Positions 25,101-39,200 of a DNA stretch of 64,000 bases are shown in pieces. Origin of the DNA: Trichosphaerium sp. ATCC 40318 (lineage: Eukaryota > Protista > Tubulinea); the NCBI GenBank assembly GCA_038496445.1, contig JALMLS010000480.1, forward strand, positions 124,001 through 188,000, read 5' to 3'. Numbering within the stretch: the stretch's first letter is position 1; each line of letters opens with the position of its first letter. The position numbers and the translations under genes were made by a program. Below the pieces are notes generated by a model that was not told the DNA's origin, did not search any database, and saw nothing but the letters and a program-made list of their open reading frames with translations.

Positions 25101-27289
25101 GTTCTTTCCGCGGTTTTCATAGTTGCTAGCGTATTCTGGGCAATATTTATGTACAGTACTTTTGCGTTCTGTAACAACCACGTCTCAAAGATGTGGAGTG
25201 TTTTTAAGGTACCTTAAAAAATATCTCTTAACAATTTTTTTGTTTCTTTCACTTCCCTACTCAACTCCCTTTTGTACAATTAAAATCAACGCCTTGAAAA
25301 GGAGATCAATATCTCCAAGATATAGAGGTGTTGGTTTGTTTTGACGTTTGTCTTTTACGGTTTCGTGGACGGACAATTTTTTTTTAAAAAGTGTGAACTT
25401 GAATCACATACTTAGTTCTTTGTTGCTATAGGCGGCTTCACCTGCTTTTATGACACTCATACTGATTGGAAGCATTATTTTATATTGTAGTGTCTTTACT
25501 TTCTTACCTAACGTTGTCACACGAGCTACTTGTATCGCCAGAGCGTGGGTTCTTGATTTGGGATTTATTCTACTTTTCGGGTACGCATTAAAAACAAACC
25601 ACGTGACAACACTTCTCTTGTTTCCCTCGTTGATCGTAATACAATGATCGGATAAACCTAAGACTAACTAGCGACATCTGGAGTGTCGCTAGCTTGTTCT
25701 TAGACGGTATCGTTTACGAAGTATTGTGGGAGGTGTGCCTCCCTAAGCAATAATTTTTTTGTCAGTTGCCACATTTTTCTTTTCACTAAAGACTGTCTTT
25801 TGTTTCGTTTATTTACTTGACTTGTACTTATGTTCCTTTTAGGCCTTTTTTCGCAAAGGTAACTTACATAAAAATAATTATGATGTCTTCGCAGTAGTTG
25901 CTACATATTAAATTATTTTCGTTTTTTCCAGCAACACTTTGACTTATAAAATTAGACACTCCGTATTGAAAGGCTTTGGAAGACAATGACAACTGAGATT
26001 ATCCAAATTTCTAATCTTCAAGTGCTTTCATGGGTTTTGGTATTAGTTGGAGTACATGTTACAACTCTCATTGTTATGGTACGCCCTCTCTTTGCGCAAA
26101 GAAAACCAACAGCAAAAAAAGCTACTTTTGATTATTTTCAAAGTCTGCAGGTTTCACAACCACAAACACGTGTTATATTTATCCTCCCTTTTTATTTTGA
26201 CAAAGCCTGCTATGTACTTCCCGCTTTAATAGGGTAAAAGGCAGTAATCCAACTACAGAAATCACAACAAATTATTTTAGTTCACACGATTGATTTTTTA
26301 TAACTTTCTGTTTAGACTATAGCAGGCAATCCACGTGTCGAGCTTGTAGAGGCAGATATACATAAAGTTGTGAACAATTACTATGAGTGCAGATACAATA
26401 CACTATATACAGTACTTTCTTATTGTATCGTTGTAGTAAACGTGCGTTACTTTTCTTACAACTTTGTTTGTCTTTTTTTTAGAAACACCCAACACTTTCT
26501 CCACTCGAACACTATTCAACGTAATGTGCTATTAAATACCCACATCGATTTACTGTGAATATTGTTTGACAAAAAAAACACTTATTTTTGCCTAACGTGT
26601 AACACAAAAGCGTTGTATTTGGTGAAAGAAGACTTAATCGATTTATTTGTCAACTTAACAACATTCTTTACGCTGTATTGAATTTTATGCTGATTACTTT
26701 ACTTTTTTTAGGGACTTTTACTACTCATTGGTGCTGTCATAGCTTTCCGAGTAAGAAATATTCCTATCAAGAGATACAATGAATCGAAGATTATTTTCTT
26801 CTCTGTTTATAATGTCATTTTCTTCTCTATAATTACATTGGGTTTATTCACTCCTGAAATGGATAGATTCATTAAATTCTTTCTCACTATGCTCTTTGTA
26901 ATGTTAGGCGCAGGTACGTTTACGAAACAATAGCACAAAGCTGTTTTGCGTTCCATAAAAAAACAGCTTTGTTCACACCATCTAGTTTTTTCTTGTACTA
27001 AAACTTTATCTAGCACTCACTGTCAACACATTATTTATCGTCAAATTACACCCTCTTTCAAGACAACCAACAACCACTACCGGTACCACGTCAAGCGCAA
27101 AGTCAGGAACCGGAATCGCGACAGGTATGACCTCAGCAAAGATTCCAAACAAAAAAAGATCCAACGCTTTTTGACTACTTTCTTTTTGGCCTTTTCCCTT
27201 TTATGGCTCTTACCTTTGTTGTAGGTACAACTTTAAATACATCAAAGAGTACCATATCAATGGGTAAAATAACATCAGCCGACGATTAA
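22128..27289 (+). CDS. Class C (family 3, GABA-B-like) GPCR with periplasmic-binding-protein type ectodomain, copy 1
   Basis: Signal peptide; IKIG start of the PBP1 fold; TLIGRISWNAQGEQ...YPMPTWDER; AASPAFMTLILIGSII, CIARAWVLDLGFILLFGPFFAKTLRI, AFRVRNIPIKRYNESKII (7tm_3 hallmarks). Confidence 0.88.
25603..25772 (+). other. Structured intronic element (three hairpins, T-tract, imperfect terminal inverted repeat)
   Basis: Stems tgatcgt/atgatcg, ctaag..ctagcgaca/tgtcgctag..cttag and tattgt-gggagg/cctccc-gcaata; ends gtgacaac/gttgccac; lies in intron 25581-25842. Confidence 0.5.
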
Positions 27290-28101
27290 AAAAAATACAC
27301 GTTCAGAAATAGCTATACTACTTTTTTTGTTGTCCTTCATAAAAAAACAAAAAAAAAAATACAAAAGCAACCTTCAACTCTCACTAAGGGAAGAAATTTC
27401 AGGCTCAACATTAACTTTAGATTTTTGTACTTCTACTGCTTTAAAATAAAATTTAAGATGAAAAAAAACAAACACACCCACTGTGGGTGATTACCTCAAG
27501 TTTCTTCATAGGAAAATAACTTTGAATGTGCCAACGATACCTAAGTCCATCGCCTCCTATAAAAGCTACCAGAACGCTCGGGATAATGCCAAGTGACTTC
27601 CACACTGTGAAGATGGTGTAACGTGGTAGTTTTCTTCTTGGCATTGTGCGACTATTAGCAGGTGGTTCTTATTCAGCACTAGAAGTATTAAGTTGATGCT
27701 TATCACTTAATAAAAAAAAAGAAGTATCTACGGCTAGTGCTACATAGTGGAGTTTTGGTGATGTGTTAATGGGCATTAACACGCTACTTGCAGTTATGCT
27801 TTGACAGCTTGTAAAGTTTGTTCTCTCTGAAAATCGTTACGGAAAAAAATGAGGTTTTTGATTTTGTTTTCAAACTTATACTTGTCACGTGATGCATTGA
27901 TTGCAGATACTGTAGTAGCTGATTCAAACGTTTCTCAAGTTGCAAAATAACAGATACAATTTTTGTTGGCTCTTGTGTTCACGTGCTTGTTTTTAGTGCC
28001 AAGTTTATTGCAACACAGCTGTGCACCAGAAAACTCAAAAATATTGGAAAATTAACCCAAATAAGCAACTGAAGGCTACTTTTGCTGGTGAGAGTGTAGC
28101 A

Positions 28102-30545
28102 ATGGTGACGAAAAGCTTGATAACAGCTTTTTTGGTCCTTTGTCACGCTATTGGTTAGCGCTAGCCACTAATTTTTTTAAAACAGCTAATTGTCCTATTA
28201 GTTGCTTTGGCAGTGTTCTCAGACCCACAATTCAACGTTTTCATGGACGCTTCCGAATTAGAACCAGCATACAGCGGTAGACCGATATTATCGGTAGCTA
28301 TAGCGTATGGCGTTCCAAATAATGGAATACCGACGTATTTCTACTCTATAGAAAGTATTTGAACCGCTTTAAGTTATCTGTGCCCTAACACGTTAATAAT
28401 AGCTACTGATCAAACTCTGATACATGCAACAACGTCTGAAAGTACGTAAAACAATATTCAGTACGTTTCTGTACTAAACAAGCGCAATAGACTTCTTTAG
28501 TGGTACAAAAGAGCTAATACCAGTGAATGGCAATTTTTCTCGTCCAGTTCTCGAATATGGTAAACAGAAAGTGTTATTTCTTTATTTGAACAACACGGAC
28601 GGAATGCTCTCGTACCTATTTATGGAGAGAGACGGGTCAAGTGTATGAAGACTATTTTGTTTTTGGTTCTAGTTGACATTCTTCCTTAGAACTCATACGG
28701 GTTTAATTCTGCATTGATAGACTCTAATACTGCACCTGGTTTGAGTTATTACGCTTCGTTTGATAGAACAGAGTATGAAGGTATTGATTTTTTTTTTTCT
28801 TGTTTTTTTCACGTTTTTTTTTTTTGGGTTTAGTGCACTCACCTGCTCGTAAAATTCAGCAACACTGTTTTATTTCGTAAGAGATCATCTGTGTTTGCCG
28901 CTCTTTTGTTCAGCGTTTTATTAATACGAAACAGCTCAGTTTTTATTGACGTGGCTCTAGTGTATTTCGCAAAAAGTATTTCTAATACATATTTAGCTTC
29001 TGGGAGAGAAAGGTTTCTTGTAAATGTAGAGTTTCCTTCCCTTGATTCATATTTCTTTGTTGTAGAAGAAAGTACAGAGGTTATACAGGTTTCATACAAT
29101 AGAAGTAAGTTCTGGCGACAGATAACTGCTATGATGATGTTTGTTTTACTAAAATGTTTTAGCTGTACCTGGTAACTATGATTACTCTATAACACATATG
29201 GACACCCAGGGTTGCTTTTTAAAAATGTCAACTAATACTACCGGCACTTTTTCACATCTTTCGTATTACTCTAAAGTGGAAGTATCAGACTCAGAGGTAG
29301 GACTTCGTACTTTGAACCGTTTTTTTTCTTCTTTTTTTCCTTTTTTCTGAATTGAAGTTGTAGGTTTTTGGAGATTCTCATAGAGATCTGTTTTCTTCAA
29401 GAGAAGCTTTAAGCATATCCAGTACTTCTTTTGATGATACTATATACTCTTTGTATATGCAGGATAATTTTATATACTTGAGCTACACAACAGTTAATTG
29501 CTCATCATCTGAAGAAGATTATACAAATGAGGCATTCCAATTCTTACCTCCAACTACTACTCCTCAAGTATCTGCTATCGTTGCTTTAGAATCATCTAAT
29601 GATATAGATATATTGATTGTCTATGCAGAACCAGGGCCAAAGGTTACAATACAAGGGTTTAATGTACGTTTTTCATTCGAAGAAATTAACTTTTAACTGT
29701 TTGTTCACTTGTAGCATTCTTCTCGATTGTTTGTTAATTCAAATACCACAACTGACACGCTAAGTAATGGCAATATAATACGATTAAGTGCTACATTTGA
29801 CCCATCACAGTGTGTAGTAATAGTACGTCATACTTTAATTTATGTTTAGTTTTTTTCTAAGCATTTTTTTAAGGTTGTTGCATCATTTGATGATAATACC
29901 TCTAATATAATCTTTTATAATGAATCAGCTGGTGTTTTCACGTGCCCCAATATCACAACAGAATCACCTACCATTTCACCAACCTCTACTCCCGTAACAC
30001 CAGCTCCTGTTATTTCTCCAACAACAGTACAACCTACTACAACAACTCCAGTAATGATGCCGTCTTCTACACCAGGATTACGTAGAACGTTTACCATAAT
30101 TCTTGATAGAGGTGTTGGGGATAATACACTTCCACTCAATGCTACATTTGATGACCTAAAAGTCATCTACCCTAAAGATGTTACACTGTTGAATGTCTCA
30201 CATTGTCCAAACATCTCTGTTGTCAATGTTGTGTTTCAAAACTCGACTGTTCTTGAATCTATCCTTGATAAAGGTAACTTCACATTGTTGACAGTACCAG
30301 AGGAATGTATAATTAGTAGTGTTGATGTTGAAGTGACAGGTCCAGGAGATAGAGTTTGTAAAACAAGCTCAACATTTGAATCAAGATCTTTGATTGTATT
30401 GTTATCTTCATGTGAATCGTTATCAGGTTCAGAAGACAATCAGTCGTATACTACATACTACATAATAGGAGGTGCTGTAATTTTCGCTCTAGCAATAATT
30501 ATGGCAATTATACTTGGCTTGTACTTGTACAATAAACGACACTAA
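28102..30545 (+). CDS. Type I membrane glycoprotein with Pro/Thr-rich linker
   Basis: ATG-only first exon, then LIVLLVALAVFSDPQ (signal); multi-exon ectodomain; TESPTISPTSTPVTP linker; TM YIIGGAVIFALAIIMAIILGLYLY; ends NKRH*. Confidence 0.7.
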
Positions 30546-30881
30546 TAGTTGTCACTTTTTTGAATTTCTGTTTTGTCTCAACAACCAGCAGTCACCTAAA
30601 ATGCGATTGGATTCTTTTGAATAACTGTTGCTTTTAATTTAAACCTTACTTGATAACCGTTTAGTCAAGTTTACAAAACAATACCTAGCTAAACCTTGTT
30701 GTTTGTTTAAAGGTTATCACTTCTGTGTAAGTCCTTTATTACCTGCGCACATCATACTTAATTGCCCACCGCCACTGCTTCTCCCCATATCCTATAGTTC
30801 GGTATGTGGATAGATAGTCTGGCTCCAACATCCACCTAAGTTTAAGGGACCCATAAGCTAGCACGTGTATTTATTTTATTT

Positions 30882-31300
30882 CAAAGGAAGACAATCCATT
30901 GGAGCGATCAGCTTGGTTCCAAGGAACCAGTTCAACCACATGAACAACTTCAATATTCTGTTCAAAATATGGAAGTACGAGAAGACAACTTTTTCTTCCT
31001 TTTATGGTATGAGGCAAAGACATTTTTTGCTAAATTCTTGCTTTCTCGGAAATTCATTGCTATTACAGAAATCCAGGTCACAAACTGGAAGAAACAATAT
31101 AAGATATCGACACAGTCTAGGAATTTTAGGACTATGGGCCCTTATAAGAACTGTAAGTGCTTAGAAGTACTAAAGTTTGCATTGCTAAGTTAACTTGTTT
31201 TTTTTAGCTGCTACTGGTGAGAGTTTTGATGAGTGTTCATCACTCGCAAATAAAAATATATTGAACACTGCTGTTAATATAATCATCAGTCACAAATAAG
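30882..31300 (+). pseudogene. Frameshifted inverted copy of the 3' exons of the 4998-8603 gene
   Basis: KEDNPLERSAWFQ, +1 frameshift, EPVQPHEQLQ...VTNWKKQYKIS; matches the reverse complement of ~5190-5613; intron positions retained. Confidence 0.88.
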
Positions 31301-31887
31301 TCTGTTCTACCTTGTTAGTGTACTTTCTTATGAAGTGCATGTAAATGTGTACTAGTACCTCCAAACCAAATACTATGGGAGTGTACATGCAGCATTTTAC
31401 TACTTTCAACAAAAAGCAAGCCAACTGATACTCTTGAGGACAGTGTTTTGTGTCTAATACATCAAGAATTTAGTAGTAACTGTTGTCACTAAAAGCGAGC
31501 TTTAAAGGTTTTTCCTTGTAATGAGATGTATGCTTTGTAGATGGCGAAGAATGCGAACACATGTTTACCATTAATCTAATCACTAATTTATTGCTACATA
31601 ACACACGAGGGCTTCAATCAACACGTGCATAGCTCAAGAGTAATGAAGATGAGTTAACTTCAGCCATCTTTCTATTCTTTCCAACTTTATGCTTTAATCA
31701 CGTATTATTTATGCAGTTCAGACTGTAGTTTACAGTGTAATCTTTCTAGTACTACAACCCAATACTCTTAGACTAATGATAATTTTTATTTTTGTAACAA
31801 AGGTGTAATGCTTTTTCGAAATTTTTTGTTATTTCAACAATTGGGTTTTGCCTGTTTTGTCCTAACCTTAGGGCCTTTTATATTTCA

Positions 31888-34800
31888 TTAGAATTCGTTA
31901 TCAACAGTTGTAGCTGTTTTTTGTGTTGCTGTCAAGTCAACACCTGATTGAGGTTCTAAATAGTTTTTAAGTTAGTAACCAAAGAAAATTAGAAAAAAAA
32001 AAGTAGCAGTTGCTTACCTGTTGCACTTGCTGAGTGTTGGGTGTTGAAAGTAGGCATTTTAGCACCTCCATAGAACCATTGACATTTTACAATGAACAAC
32101 GCATTGATAGCAAGAGCTATAAAAGAAGAGTAAGGTCAAAAAATAAACAAAGTATTTCAGATGAAGAAAAAAGAAATCAAAACAAATGTGAAGTTGATTG
32201 GCCAACTCTTCGTTCTCACTTTCTCTTTGAAGATGAAGTGTTGGCAGTGGGAAGTCTGTGTTTTTACTGACAGTTATATATAAGGTACCTGCGCCTAGCA
32301 TAAGGAATATTGTGAAGAGAGCAAACTTTGTGAATCTGTTCATTTCAGGTGCGTATATTGCAACGCAAATGATTGCGAAGAATATCACGTTGTATATTGC
32401 GAAGAATATTATTTTGGATTCGTTATATCTCTGTAGTGGTATATTACGAACTCTAAAAGCAATAACAGCACCAATGAGAAGGAGTACACCCTTGGAAGAA
32501 GGTAAGCAAGATCCAAGAAAAATAGTAAAAAAATAAGAAAAAAAAACCATTGGCGTACGTTTACTGCTATAATGGCGTATACCAATGCGTTAAATAGTGA
32601 GTTATAATGACACTCATAGTGATTATAAGATATTCTATACGGATCAATAACAACAACTTGCTTGCCAGGGTCACCCCAAACGGTCTTTGAAAAAAGTTAA
32701 TAGACCTATTCACACAAATGTCTTTTGTACCATTATGATTAACACTACGACGTGAAGAGCTAATAATCCACCAACCCATGAAAGTACTTCTAAGTTAGAT
32801 ATTTTAATCTTATCAACATCTCTCTTCCACATTCTCTCTATACGTAATGTCTAGAACATCATAAGCTCCCGCAAATGTAAAAATTTTTTGATGAAAGAAA
32901 AAAAACAGAAAAAGATGATTTGCTCGCTTCTGCCATTTGCAGTACACTCATACATGAATTGGTTGTAAGGTGAGGGAAAAGGTGTAACAATAATCATGAA
33001 GGTGAAAAGATTTGATGGCGATGAAAGACTGTACCTTTGCGAAAAAAGGAGCGAAAAGAAGAATGAAACCAATATCTACCAACCAAGGACGAAGAGTACA
33101 TGTAACATCATTGACGACGTTTGGAAAGAAAGTGAACACACTGGCGTATATAACAATACTTCCAAATAGTATAAGGTACATGAAGGCAGGGGAAGCCGCC
33201 TGAACGAAGTAAGTCAAAAACAAAGATGTGAACTTAGGAAAGAAAACTGAAAAAAAAAAGGACGTACAATGAACACTTTCTTAAGGTTCTCACTTAGACC
33301 AAAAGTAGTGGCAACGAACATATATACTCCCCAGAATATACTAGAAATAATGAATATTACAGCCAATATCGCTACAAAGTATTCCGTCCAGTGACCTTGA
33401 AGGGTAAGAGAAAAAACTTTAAAGTTTTTTGTTTCAACAAAAACGAAATGAGACGTACCGAACTCTGGGTTGAGTACACGCTCTGACCAAGTTGGCATAG
33501 GATAGACTACAGCTTGTTCTTGTACTGCAAGTGGTGCTATTGTTACTCGTTCTCCGTTCACGAACTGCATAAGAACCTTCTCACGCTGCTGTTCTCCTTG
33601 TGCTCCCCATGAGATACGTCCAACTATAGTGTCATGTTTAGACCTGAATCCGGCACGGTAGACCTCATCTTGTAGAGACAAGAATCCGTTATCTTCAACA
33701 GTCTATACAAAGCGCGTGTAAGTCAGTGTAGAGTTAAAAAAAAAGCTGCAACGAAGTTTTTTTTGTTCAAGTTTGTGAAACGATGTTAAAAGGAAGTTAC
33801 TGCTTACAATGCCGTTGTTACAACTTCCATTCGTTCCTTCAAGCATCAACCTTCCATTTACATCAATCTAAATAAAGGTAAATCACTTTTTATTTATGTG
33901 TCGTTTAAAATCACGTGTGCGTACGTCAAGGTTAAACGATTGTGAAACATCCTCTACAGCTCTTTTAAGAACAAGAGCACCGATTATAGGGTTGAGTTGT
34001 GTTGACGTTAGAGGTTCCCCAAAGCGCGCCTCGAATTCTTTAGATACTTCTGAAAGCAGACCTAACTCTTCTGTCCTTGGGTAGTCCATTTCATGCTCAA
34101 ACTAGAACAAACGCGTTAAAGGCAGAAAAAAAAGATCAAAAAGTCGGACAAACAATTTTCTTTTTCTGCGGCAAAAAAATTTATCTTCTAGCGCTAGTTG
34201 GAAAACTTGCGAAAGTTCGGATCAATCTGCCGATAACAAGGAAGCGAGTGTTTCCTTAAAATAAAAAAAAATTTGGTCGTTAGGTTTTTGTGAACTGAAT
34301 TCAGTCTTTAAAATGAAGTACTCCACAAATAACTGCAGTAGACACAAGAAGGAAATTCGGCATAGCAAATTCTGTTGAGTTTTTTTTAGGGAGAAAATGG
34401 AGATTGACAGAAAAAAAAATCCAATAAAAAAACATTGACGTACTGCTGAAACACCCATCCTATAGTTAAGCATATCATCGTCTAAGTCGAAACCATAGCT
34501 TGTAGCTGGACCAACACGACCGATGTAAGCTCTAGGTGTATAGTCTATTGACCTGTACAAGTCCAAGAACCAGTTTGCATCATTTGTTGAAGTATCGCAG
34601 TACATCCAAACATCAGGGTCTTTTATGCTCATGTCAATTGCTGCTTTTCTCATTTCGATTCGAGCAGTCTCGTTGCTATTAATCCAACCACTTTGATCTA
34701 AAGTGACAGGTAAGGACAAGGAATGGTTAAACCACAAGTGGTTACCTGGCATAGAAATGTATCCTTTAAATTCAAAGCCGTGGCGCTGCATGAAATCAAG

Positions 34801-36009
34801 AAAGTTTGGATTAGCACAACGCTCTCCATTCTCAATTCTTGATTTATCTAAGAATATCATTGTTGACTTAGCTCCGGCTACACGTAGGGTTGGCATAACG
34901 ACTCTACAGAGAATGTGAGAAAGAATTAAAGAAATAAACCAAAAATAAATTGTAAAGTTAGAAAACGTACGTAAAGTCTTTGTCATCGCCAGTGAGAACA
35001 GGTAAGACACGTCTATTGTTTAGAGGAAGTGTAACGTCTCCGTTTGTATAACTGACTAGAAGAAAAAGTTAGCTACTTTTGCTGTACTGCCTGCCGTATC
35101 CAAAAATAAAACGGTTTTTTTAATTTTAGTTGAAGCACGCGTACGGAGCATCCAATCATCTGCCTCCGTTACTTCAGCAGCCTCTCTAGCTCTGGTGAGA
35201 CCAAATGGTGAGAAAACGAAAGAAATCGATGGATCTGCTATGAAGCCTTCCATGAGAGATCTAACCACTGAGACAGTGTATTGATCATCTTTGATTATAA
35301 ATTTGAAAGAGAGCTCCACGGTACGATTCACTCCGTCTGTGCCAAGCTTATTGAACTACAGAAAAACTATAGTTAGTTATTGTGGTGTTTAAAACCGATA
35401 ACGATGGAGGGAAAAAGTCTTGGGTAGTATCAGAAAATGTAAATAAAAAAATCGGTAATTGTATTTTTACGAAAAAAAAAAAATAACAGGCCTAGTTTCT
35501 CGTTTGAATGGCCTTGGGTTTTCTTTCCAAATTTATGTGGTACAGGAGACATTTGTGTTTTACAGAAATAAATAAAAAAAATTAAAGCGTTATTTACCCT
35601 GATAGGATTATCCTTCATCCATTCTTCAAACCATTCAATACCTTCACTAGCATCGAACGTCAAAATAAAAAAAGACAAATATCCAGGAACAACAAGAATG
35701 GTTTCCCTTAAAAACTCGATGAAACACGCTTACACTATTTGTCTTCCAGTAGATTGAAAGGCTGACCCATTAATCGGAGCAGTAACGCCTTATTTCAAAA
35801 AATAAGCTAAACTTCAAAATACTAAAAAAATACAGCACGGCAAAGCCACGCCACCTGACACGTGATAGAAATGATCAAAATATTAGTCCCGTTTAGATGG
35901 GGGTCTTACCAATGTTAATCTCTCTTTTTTCAATAAGAACTTGACTCAATACCAATGTACTAGCGCTAAACGCTAAAATAAACAGAACAATCACGTGATT
36001 ATTTGCCAT
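31888..36009 (-). CDS. Class C (family 3) GPCR, copy 2
   Basis: Signal MANNHVIVLFILAFSA; paralogous motifs LRVAGA, YTPRAYIG, TIVGRISWGAQGEQ, YPMPTWSER, AASPAFMYLILFGS, AFRVRNIPLQRYNESKII; stop 31888-31890. Confidence 0.88.
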
Positions 36010-36223
36010 GTTTTTTTAAGACCAAACTACTACGACTTTGTGAGTAACCAAAGAAACTTTTTTATGGAAGGATAGTACAAAAAAAAAAGAAGCGTTTCAA
36101 AATTAACCTACTGTGAATCTAAGTCCGGTGCTTTAATTTTCTAATGTTCGCATAAATAAAAACTCCAGCAAGGACACTTAAACTTTGCAGTTAAGGAAGG
36201 AGCCAGCTGTCGCGTGCCCTTCG

Positions 36224-39200
36224 ATGGCGTCCAGGCCGATTCGTTTTAGCTTCAGGAAGATACCTAATACACGTAAAACAACGTAACACTACTTTAAGCC
36301 TAATGAACCGTAGCCGAGCTCAAAACTGCTATTGGATTGCCACTTGGGTTTTGTTTTCGCCCATTAGTACCTGTTGAAGGTGCGAAGGTGTTATACGTGT
36401 CATAATACGCTTACTGTTAAACCAAAGCGGGATCACTTAGAAGTATACCTATTAGCGCTATTGCGCGTTGTAAGTCATGTTACGCTTATATTAACAAGTT
36501 ACGTCGTAAAATCGGTTAATAATCTCATTTATATGACACTTTGTGTCTGAAACAGCTCTCCTTTGACTGCTTGATCGCTCACACCTATATATAAAAAAAA
36601 ACACGGCGTACAGACGTTTTTTTGTACAAGCGCGTTTAAAACGTAGCCAAAGCGACCCAAATGATTTGTATGATACTGAACTAACGTTATATAAGGTTAT
36701 GTTATTTTTCTGAAGGCACATGGCACTGTTCGTTATGTGGAGAACGCAACATTCCTCAAACACGTGAAAACAGGTACAGTTTTTTGATCAGGAATTATAA
36801 GTTTCTAAGTTCGATAAAAAAAAACCGACACAAAACCATCCCTAGTGTTGCACTATTGCTTTAAAACGAATGACAATATTCGTTTTGTTATTGAAGCGAA
36901 TTTCTTTAAATTATTTAAACAGTGCTCTGAGAGAGGGGCTTATGAAGAATTGAGTTTTGGTTTTTTTGAACAAAAGAGAAAATTTTTATTTTGTTTTTCG
37001 CTTTTTCTCTTTTCTCTACTCACTCTTACATGATACTTTATTAGATATACAAGTTCTATTGATTTATCAAATCTACCAGAGCTTCAGTACAACTTTGTAG
37101 AATACTCAGCGGATGAGAAAAACGAAAAAAATCAAAGTCCTGATGAGCAAATTGAGCTTCACACAGGAGACATACCTATAATCATTGCACTCTTGGATAG
37201 GACAATGCCTAAACCATGGTTGAAAGCGTGTACAGATGCCCTTATAGAAGGGTTAAAAGGTTAGTAAAACAAGACTACGCAAGCGCATAAATCTTGCTTT
37301 CTGGAAATCTGTTGACTGTTTGCACTTAGTTTTACCACCAACTTGTCTTTTTGGCCTTGTATCGTTTGGTAAGGTTGTAGGAATACATGACTTGCGATCT
37401 TCTGTACCGATGGTACATGTACGTTCTGTTGAGAGCTCAGTTTTTAAACAACTTGATCGGCTTTTTGACAAACGATTAGGAACTCAGTGTACCAGAAGAA
37501 GGTAATCTATCTGTTCCTATTGATGATGTTTTACCTTTATGTGATTTTCTTGTACCTGTTGGTGATCATCTTGATGAGATAATATCATCATTGAACTCTC
37601 TTGAGTGTTTACCATTAGAAAACAAACATGAAAGAGGATTTGGTTCAGCTGTTTCTGGTTTAACTGATTATTTATCTGTCTATGAAGATGTACTAAATGG
37701 TATGCTTCTTAAACTCCTCTGAAATGGATGGACTTAACGATTGGATAAGCGCTATATAGCTGAGAGTGCTACATAGTTGTTTAAGAATCCAACACAGTTC
37801 GCTTGTCAAGTGCTTTTTTTCCTATTTTTTTCTTGTTTTTTGTTCTAATATTTCGATTAGTGCGTATCTTGGCTTTTCCTTGTGGTGCTCCAAACCATGG
37901 GATTGGATCTATACGAACAATTGAGGATATAAAAAGTGATTATCCTGTCCTACCACAACCAAACTCGTTTTACAAGTACAACCTTTATCTTTTTGTTTAT
38001 CATTTTGCTTCAAACTTTTTATGTACCTTCTTCTCTTCCTAAAATAACTGTCTGACTAGAGAATTATCAAATCGTATCGTTAGTGTTGGTGCAACTTTTG
38101 ATGTATTTGCAGTACACTGTAATCCTTTGGGACTTGCCAATTTTTATCCTCTTGTAAAAAACACATGTACGTTGGTTTTCTTTAGTGTTTGAGTGGTTAT
38201 GAACCTTCTGGGTTGTATACAGTCTCTAGACTGATATTATAGTTTATGTATCATTGGATGTTCTATTAATATGCTCTAGGTGGTGTATTGAATCTGTACA
38301 AAGATGATGTTGACTCACAAAAGAAAACGCTTATTTCAGATGTAAAACACTTTCTTGAAGAAATACTATGCTTTAATGGCGTAATGCGTATCAGAACATC
38401 GGATAATGTTAAGGTACATACATTTCTAAAACCTTGCTACATTGATTTTTTGCTACTAACACATGACGAACCTTCAAAAGTACTGGTTGTTTTCCTAACT
38501 TTTTATTTCAGGTTAGTTCTGTTTATGGTCATCTTGTGCCTTTTCCAGAGCATGATAATCTTTATAGAGTTCAAGGATGTGACCCTTCTAAGGTATGTAA
38601 TACTGATACCTATTTGTGTAAGATAGTTAAGTAATTAATATTGTAGTGCTTTTCAGTACAACTTGACTATGTCGATGCTGATGGTATTAGAAAAGGAAAT
38701 CATAATGTTCCAGTTATACAACTTGCTTTTGCTTATACATACTTACCACCTCTTACAAATACTAAAAAAGAACGTTTCAGATTACATAAACGTGTCAGGT
38801 ACGTAATAACACACCCTCATGGCATCAACACTAAAAAGGAAAAAACTTGCAAAAAAAAACCTTGTTGTTCGGTTTCTTGACTTTTTTTTGACTGATCCTG
38901 ACTGTTTAGGGTATACACATTTGCTACCGAAGTAGCTTTAAATGCATCACAAGCTTTAACACTGAGAAGCGCTATAGATATTGATGTAATGTTCGCTCTT
39001 TTAGTTAACAAGTTGGAACGTATTTGCATATCTCAAGGTATTGAAGAAGCTCGCCAAGCCCTTATAGAATGGATAAAACGTTTGCTACCAACAACCAGAA
39101 AAGTTGCCAACTTGGTTCACTTGCCTGTATTAGTATCAGCGCTATTGGGATCAAAGCTTTTTGGAAGGAACGAAAACATTGATAATGAGACTTCTATTGA

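Noticed and set aside
27453-27700. 63-aa minus-strand ORF (also 9625-9819, 44300-44944)
   Set aside because: Coding-like but no identifiable family or donor; possibly more debris, not supportable.
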